From positions 61,144,464 to 61,208,463 of the forward strand of contig NC_043011.1 of NCBI RefSeq assembly GCF_006345805.1: a stretch of 64,000 nucleotides of DNA, read 5' to 3'. Shown piece by piece: positions 1 through 12,149 of the stretch. The position numbers and the translations under genes were made by a program. The notes under the pieces were generated by a model. The model worked only from the letters and a program-made list of their open reading frames with translations. It had not been told where the DNA came from and searched no databases. Position 1 is the first letter of the stretch. Every line of letters begins with the position of its first letter. This DNA comes from Octopus sinensis. Taxonomy: Eukaryota.

Positions 1-459
1 TCACAAATGAAACCCACACCCATACAATGACAAAACTCCCCCATACCCTATTTACACCTACATAGTAATCCCAATATATTCTTCCATACATGGACGCAAG
101 TGCGTGAAGCACATGAACATAATTAGTACGTACAACCCCTAATACACACTAATATATACGTATCAAGCTCGACTCCACAGTGATAAGTTTACACACAATC
201 ACACCCAGATGGGTGAATTGCACAACCAGTGAATGCTCACACATACGGGCGCGATTACATTGTTGCATATATCGAGCCAAAATTGTATGCATATGTACAT
301 GTGAGGGGTACACGTAAATGAAGTGAGCGTGTACCCCCTGTATTTATACCCGTGCGTGAATATACACATGGAGACTACCACACAGGTACAATGTGTTTAG
401 AAATGGGAGCCCCATCACTACACTTAATGTATACTCTCACCCATCCGCACGGATGTGTA

Positions 460-2390
460 AGTGTATCTCCGGTGTATATGTTGAGGCTTATATGTAGAGT
501 TGTTGAAGGGAACGTCGTTGAAATTATGAATGAATGGGTAGAGTTGGAATTGTAACCGTGTGGTGGACTAGTGTTGTTTGGAATTGTGAATGGATTAGGG
601 TGGTAATGAGGTAGGTATTGAGTATGGGTTACTGTAAGTTGTTTGTTAGAGTTGCTAGGGTGAGCTAAAGCTCATAAATGTATATAATTGATTTTTCATG
701 ATAGTTTTTAAAGAATCCATTCATAATAAATTTTTTTAAGTAGCGTTGGTTTGCTACGTGGAAATAGTTTTTAGTTCCATTTATTATATTTCTCCATTCA
801 TACTATGAATGACGTTTACTTTCTATGGCGCGTATTTTTTTTACATTAGTTATTTCCATGGTAACGTAATTTTGTTTGGTTTTTTAACGGCTAAAAATCT
901 AATTTCACTTCATATTTGTAACTGAATTGTAAGTATGTATTTGATTTATCCTTATGTCATAATGTTATTTTTGATATTCTGGTTAATTACGATGTATTTA
1001 TTGTTGTTTTCATAAGAGTGTTTATGTATATGAGATTGGTTGTGAGTTTTTAATTGTATAATTAATTTATTTATCTGTATGAGTGTGGGTGTAAATATTG
1101 TGTATATATCGAGTTTTAGTGAGTATGTATATGCGTATATGTGAGGAGCATATGTATCTGTTGTGTATGTGTGTTTGTGTGTGTGTGTGTTGGTTGTGTG
1201 GAATGTGTATTTGGGTGTTATTTAGGATTTGGGATGTATGTGTTAATTTGTCTGTGTGGGGAGGGAGTGGTTTTTGGTGTATATTGAGGTTTATAAGTTA
1301 GTATAGGTTTGTGTATAAGTCTTGGGTCTGTGGTTTACGTGTGGGTTTTTTGTGTGTGAATGTTTAGGTTAGGGGGATTGCTATATAAGTTTGTTATAGG
1401 GTTTAGCAAAGGGAGATTTTATCGTTATATGCTTTTATGAGTTTTGGTTTATCATGGTTTTTTAGGTAATTTGTGGTTTTGTTGTCTATTTTAGGTGTTG
1501 GTTATTTTTTACATTGTTTCATTCATAATTTTTGAGTGGTGTTCGTTTTGCCACGTGAATAACCGGGTGGTGGACTAGCGTTGCTTGGAATGTGAATGGA
1601 ATAGTGTAGTAGTGAGGTAGGCATAGAGAATGGGATTGGGTTACTGCAAGTTGTTTGTTAGAGATGCTAAGGTGAGTTAAAGCTCATAAATGTATATAAT
1701 GGTTTTTGTGGGTGTGTAAGTATTGTTGTATATGTCGAGTTTAGTGAGTATGTATAGGCGTATATGTGAGGGAGTATATGTATCTTTTGTGTGTGAGTGT
1801 TTTGCGTGTGAGTGTGTGTTTTGTGTGTGAATGTGTGTATGGGTTTGTTATTTAGGTTTTGGGATGTATGTGTTAATTTGTCTGTGTGGGGAGGGAGTGG
1901 GTTTTGGTGTATATGAGGTTTATAAGTTAGTATAGGTATGTGTATAAGTCGTGAGTCTGTGGTTTACGTGTGTGTATTTGTGTGTGAATGTTTAGGTTAG
2001 GGGGTTTACTTTATAGGTTTGTTATAGAGTTTAGCAAAGGGAGATTTTATCGTTATATGTTTTTAAGAGTTTTGTTTTATCATGGTTTTTTTAGGGAATT
2101 CGTGGTAATTAGTCTATATTTTCGATATGGATTATATATAGGTTATATATGGATTATATACTTATATTTTTTCATTTATACTTTAATTATTTAAAAGTAT
2201 TATTTTTATATTTTAAAATTTTGATTTTTTAGATTGGAAGTCCACCTGAAGATTGTCGATCAAGACAAGAAACGATTGTAGTGGCGGTTTTTTTGACTAT
2301 TTATTAAATTTTATGTATTGATTAAGTCTTTCCTTGTTTGTTTTGCAAAATAGTGGTTTTGTCTCAAATAATATTTTATATATATATATA
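460..2390. mobile_element. Decayed, partially tandem-duplicated low-complexity element, probably Penelope-like (PLE), ending in an HHR-bearing terminal repeat
   Basis: 553-695 is repeated at about 1560-1705, and 1085-1500 at about 1710-2140. GT-rich strand bias. HHR at 2242-2284. The segment 2295-2385 recurs as an inverted pair at 26178-26389. Protein remnants are too decayed to be sure of. Confidence 0.4.
2242..2284 (+). ncRNA. Minimal type I hammerhead ribozyme motif
   Basis: CCAC-CTGAAGA-TTGTC(gatcaa)GACAA-GAAA-C(gatt)G-TA-GTGG: stem I CCAC/GTGG, intact core, 5-bp stem II, GUA cleavage triplet. Confidence 0.75.
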
Positions 2391-2433
2391 TATATATATA
2401 ACCGTTGAATTTTCTGCTGCTTAAAATAAAGTA

Positions 2434-2474
<41 letters not shown>

Positions 2475-2489
2475 CATACATACACGCAC

Positions 2490-2570
2490 ACACGAGATGC
2501 CACGTAGCCGGACTGACTCCGGCACCATACGGTTGGGAAGCAAGCTCCTTACTAATCAGTCACACCTGTT
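2490..2570 (-). mobile_element. SINE family B, partial tRNA-derived head
   Basis: Reverse complement resembles the head of 55751-55910 (agtaaggagcttgcttcccaacc). Confidence 0.55.
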
Positions 2571-3118
2571 TAAACCCCATAACCTGTTTATCTTCTCCTT
2601 TCATACAGAATTTCACTTCTCCACATAAGTGAACCAAAGTCACCGAATGCTTTATCCTCAAATCAATTAGTTTCAGTTCTCTTTCAAACTACAGGCCACA
2701 CTCTCTATCTCTCATTCTCTCTCCATTTCTCTCCCTCTCTCACTCTGTGCTGCGACACACTTATACACACAAATATATCCTATGACACATTATTCCCAAC
2801 ATATTGCAGCAACGCTATTACGTATCACGTCCAATTACGGAACACCATTTTCTCAATATTTATTCAATCCCAAAACATAATTATGATTCAATGATGCTAA
2901 AAGCTCAGCCATTTAGAAAAATCTAAAACCTTAAAATTACACTCAGGAACATTAATACGCTGCACTCGCTCGGGAAACTTGGTAGCTACTATAAAATTAG
3001 TTAAAATGATTTTGAGATTGCTTCCTCTCTTTATATTTTCTCCTGTAATACATACATACATACATACATACATACATACACACATACATATATACACACA
3101 TACATACTCATATATATA

Positions 3119-3182
<64 letters not shown>

Positions 3183-3185
<3 letters not shown>

Positions 3186-3345
3186 TTGAAATTTATTGAA
3201 AAACAAAAGATGAAGACGGGTGTTTGAACCACAAGCAAGTGAATTACTTTGAAGCTTGGGAAAATGAAAGAAATCGTTTACGTTTCGAGCCTTCGCTCTT
3301 CAACGGAAAAGAATAGGAGAAAGTAAACAGGAGAATGAATAAAAA
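3183..3345 (-). mobile_element. Short HHR-like repeat (family H1)
   Basis: Minus strand CCGTTGAA-GAGC(gaag)GCTC-GAAACGTA at 3277-3309. Homologous to 16958-17116, 43220-43395, 63265-63445 and 63706-63910. Abuts (TA)n. Confidence 0.65.
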
Positions 3346-3697
3346 AAAGGATGAAAAGGAGGAAAAAAAAAGGGAAAATGTAAATAGAAAAAAGTAATAA
3401 AGGAGAGAAAAAGGCAAAGTATTAAGTTAGGATGTACAAAATTGAAAAAAGGTCAGAAGTTGTGGTAGGTTGGAGTGATTTACATCCAGGAAAAAATCCA
3501 GTGAAATTTGTGAGTGTCAGTAGATCTAATGGTAATCTGGGTAGAGTGCTTGTATGTGGATGAGGAGAGGTATTAAAAGTGCGGTAAGTGGTTCATATAT
3601 TTGTGTGTGTGTGTGGGGGGAGAGTGTGCGTGTGTGTATGCATATATATATATATATATTAATAAATAAAACATATGCATATATATATACATTTATG

Positions 3698-3920
3698 TAC
3701 GTACCTACCTCTACATGTATATATACACGCATATATGAGTACAGGACACCAAAAAACGTCGAACACAATGAGAAACGAAAACATAGACACAAACCCAAGG
3801 AACTGGACATTTTTCTTAAACAACAACAAAAATATAGAGTACAGGACAAATAACACAAGGAAAAAACCCCTTCTTCAGTCGCCATGGTTTCATCTACTCT
3901 ACGTTTCGAAGGTGAAAAGC
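3698..3920. repeat. Dispersed short repeat within TA-rich microsatellite
   Basis: 3698-3845 is near-identical to 62453-62593 (cctacctctacatgta...gagtacaggacacc...aggaactggacatt). Confidence 0.75.
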
Positions 3921-4120
3921 ATGTATCTATGCGTGTATACATATATATGTATATATGTATGTATATATATATATCTACACACACACATACACACACGCAT
4001 ATATATATATATTTGTATATACATATATATTAATATATTTATATATATATATATTTATATATATATACATATATGTGTGTGTATATGTATTATATGTATA
4101 ATATATCTATATATATATGC

Positions 4121-4171
<51 letters not shown>

Positions 4172-4409
4172 TAGATAAATATATATATATATATATATAT
4201 CTGCTCTCAACAGAGACCGATAAATAATTACGAGTCTTGAAAAAAGTAGCGTTCGATAAGGAGTCTACGACAATCCTTTTTATATTTCGATACGTTTCAT
4301 CTGATGTAATGATCAGTAAAAGATTTCGTTGATTATTGATTATTGAACCGTTAGAAAATCTGTAGTATCAATAAACTATTTTGTAATTTTCAAAAAAAAT
4401 TGATGCATA

Positions 4410-4920
4410 CACTGCACATACACGCACACACACAAATGCTCAGACAACCCTACACGCGCTTCTATATGCACACACACGCTCACACATGTACGGACACACT
4501 TACACACGCACATACACGTACACACGCACATCCACACTAACGCATGCACATACACGTTAACACATGCTCACACACGCACACACGCGTAAAGACGCATACC
4601 TACACACAGACACACGTGAACACACGCGTACACACGCTCACACAGGTACAGCCACGCACACCAACACGCATACAGGAACACACACACGCATACATAGGAA
4701 CTCACACGCCCACACACGTAAATCCACGCTTAAAAACGCACACAATCACACATATACCCTTACTCATGCGCACACCCACACACGTACGTACACACTGACA
4801 TTCACAAAATCACACGCGCACAAACACTCTCACACACGCTCACATACGTACACACACGCTCACCCACGCACACACGCACTCACAAATTCACACGTACAAA
4901 CATACCCACACGCGCACACG
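4410..4920. repeat. Degenerate (CA)n-rich low-complexity tract
   Basis: Direct inspection. It is the source of the His/Thr-rich ORFs. Confidence 0.9.
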
Positions 4921-6039
4921 TTATATATCCACCTTTTCTTAAAGAGACGTATATGTTGACCCAATCTACTTATAATAACCTCCATTTCTAAGTTCCAGCA
5001 AAGGGATAGTGCGAATTCATTAACCATTGCAGCACCAGATTCGCATATGAACGATAATATTAGTACAGAATTTAACATGAAGAAGTAGATGGCAAAGGTG
5101 AATCATTTGTATCCGTCAAAGTGATATATTATTTGCATGAAGTTCAAATATGAATGCGGGGTGCGATGTTAAATGACGAGACGATCCCTTACAACTGAAA
5201 TTGTCTTCTGCTAATTTTAGATCAACTAGGGAGGAATCAACAGCAACATCACCAAATACAGGCCCGTAGGATGGAACCAATGAGATAGCTTTTATGTCGG
5301 CGCGTGGTTTGTTCGAAATGGCGTTAAAATCGCTTTCAAATGGGGATAAAGTTTCAAACAATAGGAAATGGCATATTGGTTAAGAATATTCTTTATTTAC
5401 AGAATTTAGTGAAAGGTGAGATTTTCACTGCTAGAATAGCTTTGATCATAGGATTACTTTTTCATTATTAGTCAGTGTTTAAACAACAGCAATTACAATA
5501 CAATACATGTCAACGCAATAAATGCACTTACAGTATGTGACTGGTTGGAGTTCATATCACTTTGTGTTTCGGCATCGCTAATCGCAAGAAAATGACACAA
5601 AAGAAGAGAGGGAGAGAAAGATAGAGGTGAAGAAAGAAAGATGGACAGAGAGAAAGAAAGAGTAACGGGAGAAACCAACACTCGTAAAGACTGGTGCTTT
5701 ATTCACTTTCTTTTTTCTTTATCTCTTTCTTTCTTTGTTTATCTCTGTCTGCCTTTTCGGAAATGATGACAATTACACGACTAAGCTCTTTGAATATAAT
5801 TACTCGACGATCTACCGTTCTATTCCTCAATACAGATGACGTACAAGATACGGAAAGAGCATGTCTATAGATATAGAAGAGATATGGAATATGGAATATG
5901 AATTATGTGTATAAAAATGTAATGCATAAAATCACTTGTTTATCATATTAATTTGAACAGAAATAAATCGATCCCTCTCTTCCACCCCACATGTTACATT
6001 TAAACAAATTCTGTTTGTGAAATGATATCTACAACGGGG

Positions 6040-6244
6040 AATCTAAGCTGCACGAAGGATCCAGGGATGTGCAATGCCGCTCTTTGCGGTTCTTAGTATA
6101 CTTTCGCGCGGGTGCAATGGAGTCGAAATAGCAGAAAGTCGTTAGAAAGTCAAATAAAATTTGAGAGGAGTGGCGCAGCTGTTTGGACGCTGGTGATATG
6201 TCACCCGTGACCGGACGTTGAACCTGTTTTGACGACAGACAGTT

Positions 6245-6286
<42 letters not shown>

Positions 6287-6290
6287 AATA
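6040..6290 (+). mobile_element. Possible 3' end of an RLE-type (HERO-like) non-LTR element with (AAC)n tail
   Basis: Decayed translation EGSRDVQCRSLRF...KSNKI*EEWR loosely fits the EVGCRG...AS-W-W C-terminus. It ends ...gttaacaacaac like 60062-60265. Confidence 0.3.
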
Positions 6291-6310
6291 ATAATAATAA
6301 TGATAATAAT

Positions 6311-6728
6311 AGTCAGTTGTTTGACCTTAACCAGTTGAGCATGTCCCTTAGTGGCTGACGATATGTGCATCTCTGATCATGAGCAGAAGTAGTGGGGGAG
6401 AATCATAGCCATGTGTTGAGAAGGATTCTTTGGGGTTTGAATAATTCACCTCTGGAAACATGGGTGGTTCTTTCAACATCCTTAAACAACCCTTATTCAG
6501 GGACCTTTTGAGCGGGATGGGCTACTCGACCTGAAGAAAATTCTAACTGGGCCCCACCTGCAAGGTCATGTGCTGTTTATCTTGATATGAGATCACCATG
6601 TCGCGCACATATGGTTGTGATGCATGTGCCTGGTGTACCCTTATCAGACGGATAGTCATGATGGGTATATTGGGCTTCGTATATTTTACCCCAGTGTCAC
6701 TTTGATGGCATGAACTGCTCTCTCACTC

Positions 6729-6729
<1 letters not shown>
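6311..6729 (+). mobile_element. Non-coding ~420-bp element inserted in an (AAT)n microsatellite
   Basis: Complex sequence with sharp boundaries, flanked on both sides by (AAT)n (6283-6310, 6729-6780). No ORF. Likely non-autonomous partner of a (TAA)n-targeting Dong/R4 element (inference). Strand inferred from the longer 3' tract. Confidence 0.6.
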
Positions 6730-6782
<53 letters not shown>

Positions 6783-6884
6783 GTTCTGCTTGTTGTTGTT
6801 CAGAGACAAGTACGCCTCAGTGAAGCAGTTCTATGTTCAAAGGTGCCCACAGCAACTACATTATCTAATATGTCTTGTGATTGA

Positions 6885-7110
6885 GTGATGGTGGATGTTA
6901 TCAAGAAGCACCTTCTCTTCCTAGATGTCCAAGATCCCACATGAAGTTACACCACAGCACAAAATGCATTCACACGAGGGCAACAATATCAAACACTGTC
7001 AGTCACAAAAGCCAATCATATGCGTATGAACACTGAAAATGTAAAGATGCTGGAGGTGCCCCAGCATCTCTTCAGCCTTAGCGATGAAACGTGGATAGAA
7101 CAACAAAAAA
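6885..7110 (+). mobile_element. Decayed CR1-group LINE 3' end with shared 3' tail
   Basis: Frameshifted translation VDVIKKHLLFLDVQD...TRATISNTVSHK resembles the CR1-group C-terminus (FKxxLDxFLxxVPDxP...RAAxSNSL). It is followed by ggaggtgccccagcat...tgaaac, the tail also seen on SINE family B and the U6 chimera. Confidence 0.5.
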
Positions 7111-7391
7111 TTATATACACAAAACACGAAAATCACTTTTCCTTAGATTTGAATCTTTGAGATGTTTTAAAAATTTGACGGACTTGATATCTTTCCAGCT
7201 TTATCATTTAACGTCTAAGGAAGATAACTCTATTACTTTTTCATATTTTTCTTATTGTTTTTGACATTTTAGTTTTTGTTTTTCGTTTTTCGTTGTTTAC
7301 TCTCTGCGTTTTCTATATGCTACCTTCTCAGCTTCTACGCGTTTCTCCTATTATTCAATAATTTATTTAGCTCGTTATCATATGTGGTTTT

Positions 7392-7440
7392 CGCCTGAAG
7401 AATGTTTGAGTTCTCTCAACATATGAAGCTATTAGTAGCG
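7392..7440 (+). ncRNA. Degenerate hammerhead motif
   Basis: CGC-CTGAAGA-[ATGT.TGAG(ttct)CTCAACAT]-at-GAAG-CTATTAG-TA-GCG. Stem I CGC/GCG; GAAA is mutated to GAAG. Confidence 0.5.
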
Positions 7441-7512
7441 CTTTGATATATGTATTGTGACCTTTAAATAAATAATACTAATCTCTCACCAAATGGAGTA
7501 CGTTTTTTTTGT

Positions 7513-7572
<60 letters not shown>

Positions 7573-7801
7573 TGAAAGAATAAATTATCCACGCGGATAC
7601 CGTATTGCCTAACGGATTGGTATAGAGGGAGGTTAGTGTTACATATGGCGTAGAAATCATTTTAATAAAAGTTTTGGATGTGAATAAATCTCAGCTCTCC
7701 TCTACGTCATCATTACATATATATGTGTGTGTGTGTGTGTGTGCGAGCGTGCATATATATATACATATATATATGCACACAAACATACATACCTGCATAT
7801 A

Positions 7802-7846
<45 letters not shown>

Positions 7847-8420
7847 ATATTCATACACTCATATAAGCATGTATGCAAGCATATATGTATGTATGTAGGC
7901 ATGCTTCTATGTATATATCTGTGATGTTCATTTAGAAGCGAATTACTATATAAATGATCATTAGGATAAATGGTAAACTGGTTTGGAGCTGGTTTTATCA
8001 GGTGGGGAGACTGGAGACTACTCGATATCACCAAATAAAGAAAGAGGTAATTTGAGACTTAATGCATCAACCGACAATAATTACAGCAGCATATATGTGT
8101 GTGTGTGGAGAGAGGGAGAGAGAGAGAGAGATAAATATATAGATAGATGGATAGATAGATAGATGGATAGAGCGGGGTAACTTGGCAACAGATTTAATAA
8201 TTAGCACTGAATCACCTTACGCAAACATTTTAATTAGTAAATGCTATTCATAATGTTGACTTATCTTGCCTTCGTCTCTAATCATGGCCGTGATCGTAAA
8301 CGCTGTACACCTCGCCGTCGATCTTTTCGTCTTCTTCTTCTTCTTCTTCTTCTTCTTCTTGCATATATACAAACGTATAAATATATGTATGTCTCTCCCT
8401 CTTTCTCTCTATCTCCATCA

Positions 8421-8492
<72 letters not shown>

Positions 8493-8894
8493 TACATAGA
8501 CACACACGAATGTTTATATAAAGATATCCACGTTTTCGTATATGTATATAATGTATAAACGTGCATACGATTACAAAGAGAGATAAAGTGAGAAACAGAG
8601 GGAGTGTAACGGAAACAGGGACAGGTAAAGAAGGAAAGAAGGAAATAAATAAAGAAAGAAAGAAAGAAAGAAGGAAAGAAAGAAAGAGAGAAAAAGAAAG
8701 AGACACACAGACGTACGCAATCATTCTTTGAGATTGGATTTAATTAAGTAATTAAGTGTAAGCTCAAGTAATTAATTTGTATTATAAAACGATGCTGCCT
8801 GGCGGGGAAAATTGTCACAGGATTTTAACAGGAGCGGAACCAATGATAACCTTATGCCGACCCGTCGCAATTTTATTATAATTACATCTTGGAG

Positions 8895-9830
8895 GGGATT
8901 GTTAACTGGCAGAAACGTCAGTGCATCGAACAAAATGCTTTGCAGTATTTAGTTGTGCAGCTCTACCTTCCGTGTTCAAATCCCGTCTTGGTCAACTTTG
9001 TATTTCCATCCACAGGGGTTGATAGAAGAATTTATCAGCCTAGAACTGGGACCGACTGCACAGCCTATTTAGCCTGCCGTGAAATCCTGGGCCCTGTACG
9101 TATGTTACAAACAAATATACATAACGTGTTATTAACAGAGTGGTTAGAGCATCAGAAATAATTTATTCCTGGTCTTTACGCTCCGAGTTTCAAATTTTTC
9201 TGAAGTCAGTTTGACAAACCATCCTTCCCGGGTAGATGAAATGAACTCCCAGTCAAGTACAGGAATCGGTATAGTCAACAAAGCCCATGGCCTTAAAATT
9301 ACTGGACTTGAGACTAAATCAGAAACCGTTATAGCGTACACCTGATAGTAAAATGGCAGAAGCGATAGAGTGTCAGACAGAATTGCCTGGCGATATTTCC
9401 TTCGGCACTTTACGTTATGAGTTCAAATCGTATCCATGTCATCTTTGACGTGACAAGCGATATTTCTTTCGTCGAGGGTTAACTTTGTCTTGACTTGTGA
9501 TATTTCTTCACTTACATTGTGACTTGAAGTCCAACCGAGGTGATCTTTGCTTTTCTTCACTTCGGTAAAAGACAGTCCCACCCAAGTATTGTCATCAATA
9601 TCATCGATTATTGACATTCTCCTAAATATTAAGCCTTAATGTCTTATTGGTTTAACATTTTGGCACCATGTCAGAAATTTCAGGAGAGGGGAGAAGTCGA
9701 ATACATCGCCCTCGTTGCCCAGCTGGAACTTATTTCATCGACCCCGAACGGGTTAAATCAAACCCGGCCGCGGCGGAACTTGAACTCTGCCGAAATGCCA
9801 ATAAGTAATACGCGCAGCATGATAACGATT
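8895..9830. mobile_element. Cluster of old, degenerate SINE family A-related copies
   Basis: Repeated decayed ggcagaaacg...gttcaaatcc...gtcaactttg motifs on + (8895-9430), and a minus copy at about 9660-9830. Confidence 0.55.
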
Positions 9831-9831
9831 C

Positions 9832-10431
9832 TTATTTCTTTACTGCTCACAAGGGGATAAACATAGAGGGGACAACCAAGGACAGACAAAGGGGTTAAGT
9901 CTCGACCCCAGTGCATAACTGGTACTTATTTTATCGACTCCGAAAGGAGGAAAAGCAAAATCGACCTCGGCGGAATTTGAATTCAGAACGTAACGGTAGA
10001 CGAAATACCTATTTCATTACTACCCACAAGGGGTTAAACACAGAGAGGACAAACAACGACAGACACACGGATTAAGTCGATTATCTCGACCCCAGTGCAT
10101 AACTGGTACTTATTTAATCGACCCTGAAAGGATGAAAGGCAAAGTTGACCTCGGCGGAATTTGAACTCAGAACGTAGCGGCAGACGAAATACCTATTTCT
10201 ATTTCTTTATTACCCACAAGGGGTTAAACACAGAGAGGACAAACAACGACAGACACACGGATTAAGTCGATTATATCGATCCCAGTGTGCAACTGGTACT
10301 TATTTTATCGACCCCGAAAGGATGAAAGGCAAAGTCGACCTCGGCGGAATGTGAACTCAGAACGTAACGACAGACGAAATACAGCTACGCATTTCTTCCA
10401 GCGTGCTAACGTTTCTACCAGCTCGCTGCTT
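9832..10431 (-). mobile_element. SINE family A, tandem trimer (one complete unit plus two head-less units)
   Basis: Three ~180-bp units (9832-10009, 10010-10193, 10194-10431) sharing the core gcctttcatcctttcggggtcgataaa. B-box-like gagttcaaattcc. Only the rightmost unit has the head. Confidence 0.9.
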
Positions 10432-11265
10432 TGTTTGTTGCTGTGTTAAAAGCAATAATAACATATAGAGTTTTTTTATTCGCTAAGTTTTAATCTACGA
10501 ATCGTAGAAAGGAAACATTATTCAATTTCCTATTCATTTTTCCCGAAATTCTATATTATTGTTTTATTATTTATTTGAAAAATGATTTCATATTTCCAGA
10601 ATATCGATTATTGAAATAAATTTAGGATAAAGAATCAGTTATTTCAAACTCAGTAGTTTGACTCGTAATTTATTTTATTGATCCTAGGAAGAGGAACGCC
10701 ATAACTGATTTCACATGAGATTTGAACTTGGGACGTAACGAGTGGTGATGAAATACAGAATAGGATTAAGGTCCAACAAGTTAATGATTCTACCAATCCA
10801 CAAATTTTAAGTAAATTCCTATGATGAGGGATTTCGATTCAAAGACAGAAGATAAAGAGTTTTGAGAGAAGGGGATTAGACTAGAACATCGATCCCAGCA
10901 TTTGAATGGCACTTTATTTTATCGATCCTGGAAAGATAAACGGCAAAGTGCCAGAAGAAAGAAGAGAAAGCAGTGTTTTGCAAATGTTTCTAACCGCTGA
11001 ACGAGCTCGCCACATGATGAATGAAATCCTATAATCGCATTGTTGGTTATTTTCATTGCAGGATGCAGCTATTTATGCTAAATAGAGATAATCGAAATCT
11101 TATTATTTCAAATTTTAAATTAACGGAAACTAACGTCGAACACGTTAAATACTTGCGACTTTGCTGAATGAATCAGCTTCAAATCCTTTTGATGATGATG
11201 ACGCTGATGATAAAACAGTCTGTATCACGCATTATGATCCATGTTAATTCTCAATATTCTAATAA

Positions 11266-11500
11266 AGGGTGGCAGAGCTGGCAGAAACGTTAACACGCCG
11301 GGCGAAATGCGTAGCCGCATTTCGTCTGCCATTACGTATTGAGTTCAAATTCCGCCGAGGTCGACTTTGCCTTTCATCCTTTCGGGGTCGATAAATTAAG
11401 TACCAGTTACTCACTGGAGCCGGTGTAACCGACTTAATCCGTTTGTCTGTCCTTGTTTTTTTCCTCTATGTTTAGCCCCCTGTGTGCAATAAGGAAAGAA
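11266..11500 (+). mobile_element. SINE family A, full length
   Basis: gagctggcagaaacgttaacacgccgggcg...gagttcaaattccgccgaggtcgactttgcctttcatcctttcggggtcg. Flanked by a direct repeat aatattctaataaa (TSD). Confidence 0.9.
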
Positions 11501-11981
11501 ATATTCTAATAAAATTTTAGTCTACTATATGTACATAAGTCCCAGGTATGTGTCCTCTGATGGACAGTCAACGCACAGTCAAACCTGTCCATCAAGATAT
11601 TCAATCCACACTTTTTCCGCACACCACAAGGATATTTCTAGTTCGCTTACATTGTTTCAATTGCTCTTAAACATAAGACTTTCAAATATTTTACTATTTG
11701 GTCAGGTCTTCTGAATTGCTCAGTGATATGTATAAATACATATTGATTATTTCTTGAATTACGCTCTGCATTGAAATTCTTCCAAGTTATAATTTACATT
11801 TATTAATGGTCAATATTGAAAGAGCCTTCAGCCACTAAGTGAGGTCATTGTAACCGAGGATACTATTCTGTCCTAAAATTGAGGCAATGTTTGGTATAAT
11901 AAACCAAACTCGTTTAACACAGAGCGCTTTGTAGATATCCGCCTGGATATATCAATCCCTTATGCTTATCATATATATATA

Positions 11982-12035
11982 TTTCATTTTCATCTAGTTT
12001 CAGCTCACGAGCTGTGGCGATGCTGGGGCACCGCC
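11982..12035 (-). mobile_element. LINE 3' tail stem-loop (CR1-group) adjoining U6
   Basis: Minus strand GGCGGTGCCCCAGCATCGCCACAGCTCGTGAGCTGAAACTAGATGAAAATGAAAT. 43 of 44 nt match 40717-40760. Confidence 0.8.
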
Positions 12036-12041
12036 ATTTAT

Positions 12042-12149
12042 AAAAAAAATATGGGACGCTTCACGAATTTGCGTGTCATCCTTGCGCAGGGCCATGCTAA
12101 TCTTCTCTGTATCGTTCCCATTTTAGTATATATATTGCCGAAGCAATAT
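12042..12149 (-). pseudogene. U6: Full-length U6 snRNA copy, probably a retropseudogene
   Basis: Minus strand ATATTGCTTCGGCAATATATATACTAAAATGGGAACGATACAGAGAAGATTAGCATGGCCCTGCGCAAGGATGACACGCAAATTCGTGAAGCGTCCCATATTTTTTTT. ACAGAGA box, AGC triad and terminal T-run are present. One C is missing from GGCCCCTG relative to vertebrate U6. Upstream is microsatellite, with no recognisable PSE. Confidence 0.95.

Noticed and set aside
700-1080. Possible Penelope RT remnant on the minus strand (KKPNKITLPWK)
   Set aside because: Similarity is limited to a few residues among many stops, and it is opposite in strand to the HHR at 2242. Not called as coding.
3860-3920. Possible type II hammerhead on minus (GAAACGTA...CTGAAGA)
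   Set aside because: Both core halves are present but no convincing stem I forms, and GAAGG/CCTTC pairing would sequester the core.
6312-6400. Possible HDV-like ribozyme at the 5' end of the (AAT)n element (GTCAGTT/GGCTGAC)
   Set aside because: A P1-like helix exists, but I could not find a P2 partner or a canonical L3 and J4/2.
9832-10431. Regularly spaced repeats resembling a CRISPR array
   Set aside because: Whole ~180-bp units repeat, with no unique spacers and no cas genes. It is a SINE multimer in eukaryotic DNA.
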